Shown here piece after piece: positions 42,145 to 51,089 of a stretch of DNA of 64,000 bases. A model generated the notes under the pieces. It searched no databases and had not been told where the DNA came from. It worked only from the letters and a program-made list of their open reading frames with translations. The DNA comes from an uncultured Rickettsiales bacterium (GTDB lineage Bacteria > Pseudomonadota > Alphaproteobacteria > Rickettsiales > UBA8987), in the NCBI GenBank assembly GCA_964445765.1, contig CAYULD010000002.1:139505-203504 (forward strand), in the 5' to 3' direction. Every line of letters begins with the position of its first letter. Within the stretch, counting starts at the first letter, position 1. A program made the translations under genes and the position numbers.

Positions 42145-44725
42145 GCTTTTTGAAATTTAGTAAGCCATCAGAAACAGAAACCATAACTACATTGCCTTCT
42201 TTAACCTTACCACTGATAATATCTGAAGCAAGGCGGTTTTGAAGCTCCCTCTGAATAACTCTTTTAAGCGGTCTTGCACCATAAATTGCATCATAGCCAT
42301 TTTGGGCAATCCAATTTTTAGCCTCATCAGAAATATTAAGGGTAATATTTTTCTGTTTGAGTTTAGCCAAGATATTTTTAAGCTGAATATCAACAATTCC
42401 AACCATATTTTCTCGCTTGAGCTTATTGAATAATAATATTTCATCAAGACGATTAATAAATTCTGGCCTGAAATTATTACGAACTTCTTGCATTACTTTA
42501 GGGCGAGCTAAATCAACTGGGTCATTCTCTTTAAGCTCCGCAATATATTGAGAGCCTAAATTTGAGGTGAGAATTATAATTGTATTAGTGAAATCAACTG
42601 TTCTGCCTTGAGAATCAGTAAGCCTTCCTTCATCTAAAACTTGTAATAGAATATTAAAAACATCTGGGTGGGCTTTTTCAACTTCATCAAAAAGCACAAC
42701 TTGATATGGCCTTCTGCGAACGGCTTCAGTTAATACGCCGCCTTCTTCATAGCCAACATAACCGGGAGGTGCACCAATTAAGCGAGATACGGAATGTTTC
42801 TCCATAAATTCACTCATATCAATACGAACCATTGCAGTTTCATCATTAAAGATAAATTCTGCAAGTGCCTTTGTTAGCTCAGTTTTACCAACACCCGTTG
42901 GCCCCAGAAATAAGAATGAGGCGAGTGGCCTTCTTTCATCATTAAGCCCAGCTTTACTTCTGCGAACTGCTTCGCTAACGGCTTTTACGGCTTCATCTTG
43001 TCCAACAACTCTTTTGGCAAGGTTTTTCTCCATCTCTATAAGTTTTAGCCTTTCACCTTCTAGCATTTTTTCTACTGGAATGCCTGTCCATTTTGCAACC
43101 ACACCTGCGATATCATCATCAGTTACTGCATCGTGAACAAAGGTTACATTTGATTCTTCCTCAAGCTGAGAAAGCTTTTTTTGAAGTGATGGAATAATTC
43201 CATAAGCAAGCTCACCAGCCCTTGATAAATCACCTTTTCTTTGTGCTATTTCTAAATCTTTTTTTGCCTCATCAATTTTACTTTTGATATTTTTAATACC
43301 GGTTAATTTTTGTTTTTCTTTATCCCATTGCTCTGTAAGCTCTTTGGCTTTAGCTTCAACTTTTGCAAGCTCCTCTCTTATTTTAAGAAGCCTATCCATT
43401 GATGCTTCATCGGTTTCTTTGCTTAGTGCCTCTTGCTCAATTTTTAGCTGAATAATTTTTCTATCAAGCTCATCAATTTTTTCAGGCTTACTATCAACTT
43501 GCATTTTTAGTTTGCTTGCAGCTTCATCAACTAAATCAATGGCTTTGTCGGGTAAAAACCTATCTGTAATATAACGATTTGATAGGGTTGCAGCCGCAAC
43601 TATTGCACTATCAGAAATTTTAACGCCGTGATGAACTTCATATTTACCCTTAAGCCCCCTTAAAATTGCGATAGTATCTTCAACGCTTGGCTCACCAACA
43701 AAAACTGGCTGGAAACGCCTTGCAAAGGCTGGGTCTTTTTCAATATGCTTACGATATTCATCAAGGGTGGTTGCACCAATACAATGCAATTCACCCCTTG
43801 CTAAAGCGGGCTTTAGAAGGTTAGAGGCATCCATTGCCCCTTCTCCCTTACCAGCACCCATTAGAGTGTGAACTTCATCAATAAATAAAACTATATCACC
43901 TTCTGCTTGGCTGATTTCATTTAGAATAGATTTAAGCCTTTCTTCAAATTCACCCCTGAAAGAAGTGCCTGCAATTAATGAGCCTAAATCAAGTGCCATA
44001 AGCCTTTTACCTTTCAGATTCTCTGGCACATCACCTTGCACAATTCTTTGGGCTAACCCTTCAATGATTGCGGTTTTACCAACACCCGGCTCCCCAATTA
44101 AAATTGGGTTATTTTTTGTTCTTCTGGAAAGAACTTGCATTGCCCTGCGAATTTCTTCATCACGCCCGATAACTGGGTCTAACTTGCCTTCTGCGGCTCT
44201 TTTAGTTAAATCTATTGAGAATTTTTCTAGGGATTGATAAGTGCTTTCAGCATTTGCAGAATCAGCTTTTCTGCCTTTGCGAACTTCTTTAATCCCTTTT
44301 TGCAATTTTGCTTGATTAAAACCACTTGCCTCAAAAATTTTAATTACTTCGCTTGAGCCTTCTTCAAAAATAGCCTCAATAAATCTTTCAGAAGTGCCAA
44401 ACTCATCACCATTCTTCTTAGCAAGCTCTGAGGTTAATTCTAATAATTTTGAAAGTTTTGGATGTAAATAAAGCTCACCCTCGCTTGCACCTGAAACTTT
44501 AGGAAGTTTTTCAACCTCTTTAATGATTTTTGAGTAAATATTATCCGCATCAGCATTATTTATTTGGGCAATTTTGCGAATAACCCCATCTTTCTCAGGG
44601 CTTAAGAGTGATGCCGTAACATGAAGCTCAGTAAGCTGTTGATTTTTATTACGAAGTGCTGATTGCGTTGCATCCTGCACCGCCTCTTGAAAAGCTATGG
44701 TATATTTTTCAGGTTTATAAGACAT
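42140..44725 (-). CDS. clpB: ATP-dependent chaperone ClpB
   Basis: 861-aa ORF with two AAA+ modules ([22 protein letters not shown]), a middle coiled-coil domain and a Clp N-domain. Confidence 0.96.
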
Positions 44726-44925
44726 AATTTTTTCTATTATTTTTTATAAAAATATCTTCTAACTTTAAGATAGTGTTTGATTATTATCATTCAATATCAA
44801 TATTAATTATTATTTTTTGCCTAGAAAACCCTTTACTTTTAGCTAAATTCATATAAAAGCCCCAAACTATTTGATGATAGTAGTTTATTAACACCAGCAA
44901 AAGCTGGCTAACAATGGTAATCAAT

Positions 44926-45624
44926 ATGTCTACAACAAAAAGAGCAGTTCTTAAAGCAGAGCCAAGAAATAACAAAGGCACAGGTGCCGCTAGAGAAGTT
45001 AGGAAAAATGGTAATATTCCAATAACTATTTATGGTAAGAATAAAGAACAATTATTTCTTACAACTAACACAAAAGATCTCAATACTGAATATTTAAGAG
45101 GTAGATTTTTCTCTAAGGTAGTTGAAATTGAAGTTAACGGAAAAAAAATTCTTGCCAACCCTAAGGAAATTCAATTTGATAGGGTTAAAGATATTCCAAT
45201 TCACGCTGATTTCATAGCTGTTGATGAACATTCACAGATTAAAATTTCTGTTCCAGTTGAGTTTCTTAATATTGAAAAATGTCCGGGTCTTAAAAGAGGT
45301 GGTGTTCTTAACGTGGTTAGAAGAACCGTTGATATTTTCTGCAACATTGATAACATTCCAGAAAAACTAACTGCTGATCTCGGAAGCCTTAAAATTGGTG
45401 ATAATATTAAATGGAGTGGCCTTGGCAAACCTGAAGGTGTTACACCTTTCATTAAGAATAGGGATTTCACAATTGCAACTATCGCAGGCAGAAGTGCTGA
45501 TGAAGATAAAGCTGAAGGTGCTGATGCTAATGCTCCAGCTGCACCGGTTGTTACTGGCCAAAAGAATGCTAACGCACAAGCTGATGCTCAAAAAGCACCT
45601 GCAAAACCAGCGACTAAGAAGTAA
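44926..45624 (+). CDS. rplY: 50S ribosomal protein L25/general stress protein Ctc
   Basis: MSTTKRAVLKAEPRNNKGTGAAREVRKNGNIPITIYGK plus a Ctc C-domain and an Ala/Lys-rich tail. An alternative start lies 12 nt upstream at 44914. Confidence 0.85.
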   Translation: MSTTKRAVLKAEPRNNKGTGAAREVRKNGNIPITIYGKNKEQLFLTTNTKDLNTEYLRGRFFSKVVEIEVNGKKILANPKEIQFDRVKDIPIHADFIAVDEHSQIKISVPVEFLNIEKCPGLKRGGVLNVVRRTVDIFCNIDNIPEKLTADLGSLKIGDNIKWSGLGKPEGVTPFIKNRDFTIATIAGRSADEDKAEGADANAPAAPVVTGQKNANAQADAQKAPAKPATKK

Positions 45625-45680
45625 TATTCTTATTGCTAAATCATTCTGGGTTAAGCAAAAAATCTAATAAATAATTTGGC

Positions 45681-47783
45681 TTGCTTAGAATTATTGGCAA
45701 ATATGTTTCTGATTTTTTCTTTCTTGAATATAATTTGGGCAGAATAGCTTTGCTGATTCCAATTATTTTTGCTTCTGGAATTGCAAGTTATTTCTGCTTA
45801 AAATTTGAGCCTAAAATTACCCCTTCAATATATGCGGTGATAATGTTTTTATCACTTGCTCTGCTTGCTTATTATAAAAAACGCTTAGTTTATTTTTATT
45901 TATCAATTTCTTGTTTAATATTTTCAATAGGTTTTTTGCTTGCAAAAATAGAGGCGGATTATAAAAACCACCCAAAAATTCAAGAAAATCTAGGCGTTAT
46001 ATGGCTTAGAGCTAAAATTCATAAAATTGAAGCAGAGGAAAAATTTAATCGCCTTATTCTAAAAGAAAATAATTTATGGCAACCTAAAATTGGTAAATTT
46101 TCAGAGGATAAAACCCCAAAATATATAAGGTTAAATGTAAGAACAAAATTAACCCAAAATGGCAAAATTTTAGATTTTAGCAAACTTAATCAAAATGATT
46201 ATATTCAAGTAAAAGTTATTTTGTCTCCACCTGCTTCACTTCCTGCTTTTCCTAATGCTTATGATTTTGCAAAATATTCTTATTTTGAAGAAATTGGTGC
46301 AGTTGGCTTTGCTATTTCAGAAGTAAAAATTTTAGAAAAAAACCAAGCGGATTTCATTCAAAAATTGCGTAGCAAAATTAATCAAAGAATTGAAAAATCA
46401 TTTGAAGATAAAAAAACTATAACCATTGCGAAAGCCTTAGTAACTGGGGATAGGGCGGCACTTGATAACCAAACTAATGAAAAATTAAGATATAGTGGGC
46501 TTGGGCATATTTTATCTATTTCTGGCTTGCACCTTTCAATTGTAATGGTTTGGGTTTATGGTTTTTTAAGGCTTTTAATTGCATTATTTCCTATATTTGC
46601 CTTAAAATTTGATAGCAAAAAAACCAGTGCAATTCTTGCAATATTATTTGGGCTAATCTATTTATTCATAGCTAACAAGCCAATTCCAGCGGTTCGCTCA
46701 TATTTAATGTTAACCTTATTTTTTGTCGGAATATTATTTAATAGAGAAATTTCACCCTTTCGCCCTTTAGCACTTGCCGCCTTAATAATATTAATTATTG
46801 AGCCAAGCTCTTTAGTAAATGTATCATTTCAACTTTCATTTGCGTCTATTACTGCACTAGCTGGAATCTATGAAATTTACATTCGTTATTTTGGAAAAAA
46901 TAATGAAAATCACAATGAAAATTTTATAAGAAAATTTTTCAAATATTTACTGGGGATTATTTTTTCTTCGCTAATTGTTGGGTTTATAACTGGGCCAATT
47001 ATGGCTTATCATTTCAGTAATGTTTCTAAGTTTTCTGCGGTTTCTAATCTGTTAACTTTGCCGTTTGTAAGTTTTATTACAATGCCATTTTTAGCAATTG
47101 CAACTTTGTTTTCCGCCTTTTCATTTAGTGAGTTTTTATATAAGCCTGCTGAAATTGGTATAAAAATTATGCTTTTTTGTGCAGAAAAATTTGGTGATGC
47201 AAACTCTGGTATTATTAGAATATCTGCACTTCCTGAGTATTTCTTAATATTAATTTCTTGTGCGTGGCTATGGTTTTTTACCTTTTCTAGTAAAATTAGA
47301 TTTTTAGCAATTCCGTTTATTATTTCGGTTTATGCTCTTATTATTTTTGCCCAAAAACAGCCAGATATATTGATAGATGAAAAAGCTAAAACTTTTATAA
47401 TCAAAGCCAATAATGAATATTATATTTATGGCAGAATTGGTGGCTTTAAGCTGAAGCAATATAAAGAAAAACTAGGCGTAAATCAATTTTTGAGGAAAAA
47501 GAAAAATGAAGAAGATAAATTTTGTAATGATAGTTTTTGTGAGATAAAAAATATTTTAATCGCTAGAAATAATATAAAACTTAGAGAAAACCTAAATTGT
47601 AAAAAATATAAGGTTGTTGTTAATTTAACTGATGATAAAATCTGCCAAGCTCCAGCTAAAAACAAAATTATAACCAAAGATAGCCTTAAAAATTATGGCA
47701 CTCATTTAGTTTGGCAAAACGGCAGAATTGAAAACTCAAGAGATTTTTCCGGCTATAGAATTTGGAATTTTTCTAAACTTTAA
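45681..47783 (+). CDS. comEC: ComEC/Rec2 family DNA internalisation channel protein
   Basis: 700-aa polytopic ORF with a TTG start and the competence-domain motif YSGLGHILSISGLHLSIV. Confidence 0.8.
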   Translation: MLRIIGKYVSDFFFLEYNLGRIALLIPIIFASGIASYFCLKFEPKITPSIYAVIMFLSLALLAYYKKRLVYFYLSISCLIFSIGFLLAKIEADYKNHPKIQENLGVIWLRAKIHKIEAEEKFNRLILKENNLWQPKIGKFSEDKTPKYIRLNVRTKLTQNGKILDFSKLNQNDYIQVKVILSPPASLPAFPNAYDFAKYSYFEEIGAVGFAISEVKILEKNQADFIQKLRSKINQRIEKSFEDKKTITIAKALVTGDRAALDNQTNEKLRYSGLGHILSISGLHLSIVMVWVYGFLRLLIALFPIFALKFDSKKTSAILAILFGLIYLFIANKPIPAVRSYLMLTLFFVGILFNREISPFRPLALAALIILIIEPSSLVNVSFQLSFASITALAGIYEIYIRYFGKNNENHNENFIRKFFKYLLGIIFSSLIVGFITGPIMAYHFSNVSKFSAVSNLLTLPFVSFITMPFLAIATLFSAFSFSEFLYKPAEIGIKIMLFCAEKFGDANSGIIRISALPEYFLILISCAWLWFFTFSSKIRFLAIPFIISVYALIIFAQKQPDILIDEKAKTFIIKANNEYYIYGRIGGFKLKQYKEKLGVNQFLRKKKNEEDKFCNDSFCEIKNILIARNNIKLRENLNCKKYKVVVNLTDDKICQAPAKNKIITKDSLKNYGTHLVWQNGRIENSRDFSGYRIWNFSKL

Positions 47784-48552
47784 TAGGGCTGAAATTTTGA
47801 ACTAGTGATCCCGCTTCCATTTTTGCAGGTGCATCTGGCTTGCCATATTCTTTTAATGCTTCAACAATATCTGCCATTTTCTTAAAGCCAATATCTATGT
47901 GGGCGTTTTCTCTACCCTTAAATTTCATAGAAAATTTAACCTTATCGCCATCTTGCAAAAATTCTACCGCGTGTTTAATGCGATATTCTAAATCGTGGGG
48001 ATCAGTATTATAGCGGAGTTTTATCTCTTTTAAGTGAACAATTTTTTGATGTTTTTTTGCTTCTTTCTTTTTCTTTTGTTGCTCATAGAGAAATTTACCT
48101 AAATCCATTATTTTACAAACTGGCGGCTCTGCATTCGGGGAGATTTCCACTAAATCTAAATCTGCATCTTGTGCCATTGAAAGGGCTTCTCTAAGGGCTA
48201 TAATACCTACCATTTCGCCGTTTTCATCTATCAAGCGAACGGGATCAGCTTTAATATATTGATTAACTTTAGGCCCATCATTTTTGGCATTTTTTGCGTA
48301 TTTATCTTCTTTTTGGTTATTGTTATCCCTTTTGAAAGGTGGCCTTGCACCGCTATTAAAAGCAGGCTTAGAGCCTGAGTTAAACGGAGGTTTAGAGCCA
48401 GAATTGAAAGGAGGCTTTGTGCCTGAATTATAAGGTGGCCTTGCACCTGAGTTATTATTTGGGTTTTGCGGTCTATTTCCGAAAGATTGGTTATTCGGTT
48501 TTGGAGATGAAGGCCTATTGAAACCAGAGCCTTGGTTATTATCGTTATTTAT
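47773..48552 (-). CDS. infC: translation initiation factor IF-3, probably with a ~100-aa repetitive N-terminal extension and an AUA start
   Basis: The conserved IF-3 core runs from VNQYIKADPVRLIDENGEMVG...EISPNAEPPVCKIMD to the stop at 47773. The same frame stays open upstream to 48585. ATA at 48550-48552 is preceded by GAGGA (48557-48561). The minimal alternatives are ATT at 48255 or TTG at 48234. Confidence 0.6.
   Translation of the reverse strand: MNNDNNQGSGFNRPSSPKPNNQSFGNRPQNPNNNSGARPPYNSGTKPPFNSGSKPPFNSGSKPAFNSGARPPFKRDNNNQKEDKYAKNAKNDGPKVNQYIKADPVRLIDENGEMVGIIALREALSMAQDADLDLVEISPNAEPPVCKIMDLGKFLYEQQKKKKEAKKHQKIVHLKEIKLRYNTDPHDLEYRIKHAVEFLQDGDKVKFSMKFKGRENAHIDIGFKKMADIVEALKEYGKPDAPAKMEAGSLVQNFSPIKV
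48337..48456. repeat. five tandem 24-bp units encoding G(S/A)(K/R)PP(F/Y)NS octapeptides
   Basis: The units are aggtggccttgcaccgctattaaa / agcaggcttagagcctgagttaaa / cggaggtttagagccagaattgaa / aggaggctttgtgcctgaattata / aggtggccttgcacctgagttatt. They are in frame with infC. Confidence 0.8.
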
Positions 48553-48645
48553 AAAATCCTCACTTTTAGTTGTAAATCTATTGGTTTATAATGTTATAAT
48601 CAAACAATTTTGTCAAGGGCTATAAGTAAACTTGCACTTTACAAA

Positions 48646-49827
48646 CTATCTATCCACCTCACCGAAAACTATATCCATTGAGCCAAGCACCGCAACTACA
48701 TCCGCAAGCATATGGCCACGACATAATTCATCCATTGCAGAAAGATGCACAAAACCGGGTGCTCTTAAACGGCATCTATATGGTTTATTAGTTCCATCAG
48801 CCACTACAAACACGCCAAATTCACCTTTTGGGGCTTCCACTGCGGCATAATATTCACCCTCTGGCACATGATAACCTTCCGTATATAGCTTGAAGTGATG
48901 GATTAATGCCTCCATAGATGTTTTCATCTGGCTTCTAGTTGGCGGGGTAATTTTTTTATCCAGAGATTTAACCGCCCCTTCAGGAATTTGCTCACAAGCC
49001 TGTTTTATAATCTTGATTGATTCATACATTTCAGCAATTCGGCATAAATATCTATCATAACAATCACCATTTTTGCCGATTGGAATATCAAAATCCATTT
49101 TATCATAAACTTCATAAGGCTGAGATTTTCTTAAATCCCAAGCTATTCCAGAGGCACGAATCATTGGCCCTGAGAAACCTAAATCTAGGGCTTTTTCTGC
49201 AGAAACTGGGGCGATATCAACCGTTCTTTGCTTAAAAATGCGGTTTTCAGTAAGTAAATCTTCAACATCAGAGAGATATTTTGGAAATTCATTGGCAAAT
49301 TTCATAATATCTTCAAGCAAGCCTTGCGGTAAATCTCTAGTTACACCTCCGGGGCGAATATAAGCAGAATGCATACGAGAGCCAGAAACCCTTTCATAAA
49401 ATTCTATAATTTTCTCTCTTTCTTCAAACAGCCATAAAAGGGGCGTCATAGCACCAACATCAAGTGCGAAGGTGGTTACATTCATTATATGGTTTAATAT
49501 TCTAGTAAGCTCACTAAATATAACCCTTATATATTGTGCCCTTAATGGAACTTGGCATTTTAGCAATTTCTCAACGGCGAGTGCATAAGCGTGCTCCTGA
49601 CACATTGGGGAAACATAATCCAAGCGATCAAAATAAGGCACTGCTTGCAGATAAGTTTTATGCTCAATTAGTTTTTCAGTTCCCCTATGAAGCAAGCCAA
49701 TGTGTGGATCTGCCCTTTCAACAACTTCCCCATCAAGCTCAAGAATTAGCCTTAAAACCCCGTGTGCCGCTGGGTGCTGCGGGCCAAAATTCAGGGTCAT
49801 ATTTTTCAAAGAAACTTCTTTAGACAT
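48646..49827 (-). CDS. nuoD: NADH-quinone oxidoreductase subunit D
   Basis: 393-aa ORF with [28 protein letters not shown] and [21 protein letters not shown]. Confidence 0.96.
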   Translation of the reverse strand: MSKEVSLKNMTLNFGPQHPAAHGVLRLILELDGEVVERADPHIGLLHRGTEKLIEHKTYLQAVPYFDRLDYVSPMCQEHAYALAVEKLLKCQVPLRAQYIRVIFSELTRILNHIMNVTTFALDVGAMTPLLWLFEEREKIIEFYERVSGSRMHSAYIRPGGVTRDLPQGLLEDIMKFANEFPKYLSDVEDLLTENRIFKQRTVDIAPVSAEKALDLGFSGPMIRASGIAWDLRKSQPYEVYDKMDFDIPIGKNGDCYDRYLCRIAEMYESIKIIKQACEQIPEGAVKSLDKKITPPTRSQMKTSMEALIHHFKLYTEGYHVPEGEYYAAVEAPKGEFGVFVVADGTNKPYRCRLRAPGFVHLSAMDELCRGHMLADVVAVLGSMDIVFGEVDR

Positions 49828-49839
49828 TATGGTTTAAGA

Positions 49840-50430
49840 TTAATTGTTAACCTGCTTGTGATCAGGTGGGGTGGGTTTGCCAGTTGGCTTTCTTTTAATT
49901 ATAGTATTTGTTCTTTTGATTTTATCTTGCAGCTTAAGAACGCCATAAAGCAGGGCTTCTGCGGTTGGTGGGCAACCCGGAACATAAACATCAACCGGCA
50001 CTATTCTATCACAACCTCTAACAACTGAGTATGAATAATGATAATATCCGCCACCATTTGCACAAGAACCCATTGAGATAACATAGCGTGGCTCTGCCAT
50101 TTGGTCATAAACTTTTCTTAAGGCTGGTGCCATTTTATTGGTGAGTGTGCCTGCAACAATCATAACATCTGACTGACGCGGAGATGGGCGGAAAACCATA
50201 CCAAATCTATCTAAATCATAACGGCTTGCGGCGGTTTGCATCATCTCAACTGCACAACAGGCAAGGCCGAATGTCATTGGCCATAGAGAGCCTGATCTTG
50301 CCCAGTTAATAAGGTTATCTAGCTTGGCGATAACAAAGCCTTTATCTGTAATTTCTTCAGTAACAGCGTTTAAGATGTAATCTTGATCCGCACCCGCTGG
50401 AATCACCGGATTAATTAAGTTTTTTGACAT
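49840..50430 (-). CDS. nuoB: NADH-quinone oxidoreductase subunit B
   Basis: 196-aa ORF with [26 protein letters not shown] and YVPGCPP (the N2 cluster cysteines). Confidence 0.96.
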   Translation of the reverse strand: MSKNLINPVIPAGADQDYILNAVTEEITDKGFVIAKLDNLINWARSGSLWPMTFGLACCAVEMMQTAASRYDLDRFGMVFRPSPRQSDVMIVAGTLTNKMAPALRKVYDQMAEPRYVISMGSCANGGGYYHYSYSVVRGCDRIVPVDVYVPGCPPTAEALLYGVLKLQDKIKRTNTIIKRKPTGKPTPPDHKQVNN

Positions 50431-50549
50431 AAAATAATTAAATTTACCCCAATTAATACTTAAACTAAATAAAAACTCAAGATTTTATATGTGTGGTTGT
50501 TAGTGGTTGGTGATGGTGGATGGTATCAAGAGGTTAGTAATAGTATTAT

Positions 50550-50860
50550 TGTCATTTCGAGCAAAGCGAGAAATCTAGAAAGAATATATTATCCTCATGG
50601 GCTAGTTATAAACAGAGATTGATAATTTTAACATATTAATCTTGCTCTATATTTCCTCCCCTGCTAGCGGGGGAGGATAAAGGAGGGGGTGTCAGGAAAG
50701 AGCTTAATATTCTGTTTATAAGTTCTCTCACATCACCCTCCCCTTTATCCCCTCCCGCAGGCAGGAGGGGAAATACTACAATTAATCAACGGGTTATAGT
50801 TTTGCCTTAACTAGCCCATAGGGTTTGTATAAAAAATTTCTCACTTCGTTCGCAATTACA
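50550..50860. repeat. ~311-bp composite, three-layer imperfect palindrome (family-A termini enclosing family-B-like hairpins)
   Basis: Outer arms are tgtcatttcgagcaaagcgagaaatcta (50550-50577) and aatttctcacttcgttcgcaattaca (50835-50860). Middle arms are atgggctagtta (50597-50608) and its inverse within 50807-50822. Inner inverted pair is atttcctcccctgctagcgggggaggataaaggaggggg (50651-50689) and catcaccctcccctttatcccctcccgcaggcaggagggg (50731-50770). Confidence 0.75.
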
Positions 50861-51089
50861 CACCTCTATAATTATCTAATAATGCCTTATTCAACCTGAC
50901 TTTCACACCCTTTATATCATTATATTCTAATATTAGAATATGCTTATATATTAATATTATAGTAGAATGATAAACTACTAACCCCCCAAACCCTAGCTCA
51001 CCCTAATCAATCTATTTTTTGGGATATTTTCAAAAACCCTTGCTTTTTCCTGCATTAAAATATATCGTTGCCAAAATGTAACATACAAT

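Noticed and set aside
44787-44981. 64-aa minus-strand ORF overlapping the rplY start
   Set aside because: It overlaps the rplY promoter and start region, its sequence is hydrophobic junk-like, and it has no SD or family resemblance.
45201-45667. ORFs 45201-45470(-), 45367-45591(-) and 45395-45667(+) overlapping rplY
   Set aside because: These are alternate frames of the Ala/Lys-rich L25/Ctc tail region. The L25 frame is supported by N-terminal homology.
45625-45680. Possible terminator hairpin after rplY (ttgctaaa...ttaagcaa)
   Set aside because: The stem is only about 5 bp with a mismatch, and it is followed by an A-run rather than a T-run on the coding strand.
48231-48446. 71-aa minus-strand ORF upstream of infC
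   Set aside because: It is in a different frame from the IF-3 core and gives a Leu/Ile-rich nonsense-like sequence. The frame continuous with infC is open across the same DNA and encodes a regular octapeptide repeat, so that frame is preferred.
50491-50525. G/T-rich low-complexity tract (tgtggttgttagtggttggtgatggtggatggt) upstream of nuoB
   Set aside because: It is noticeable against the AT-rich background, but I could not find a convincing second copy or a defined structure. The resemblance to the valS tract at 58688-58715 is too short to call.
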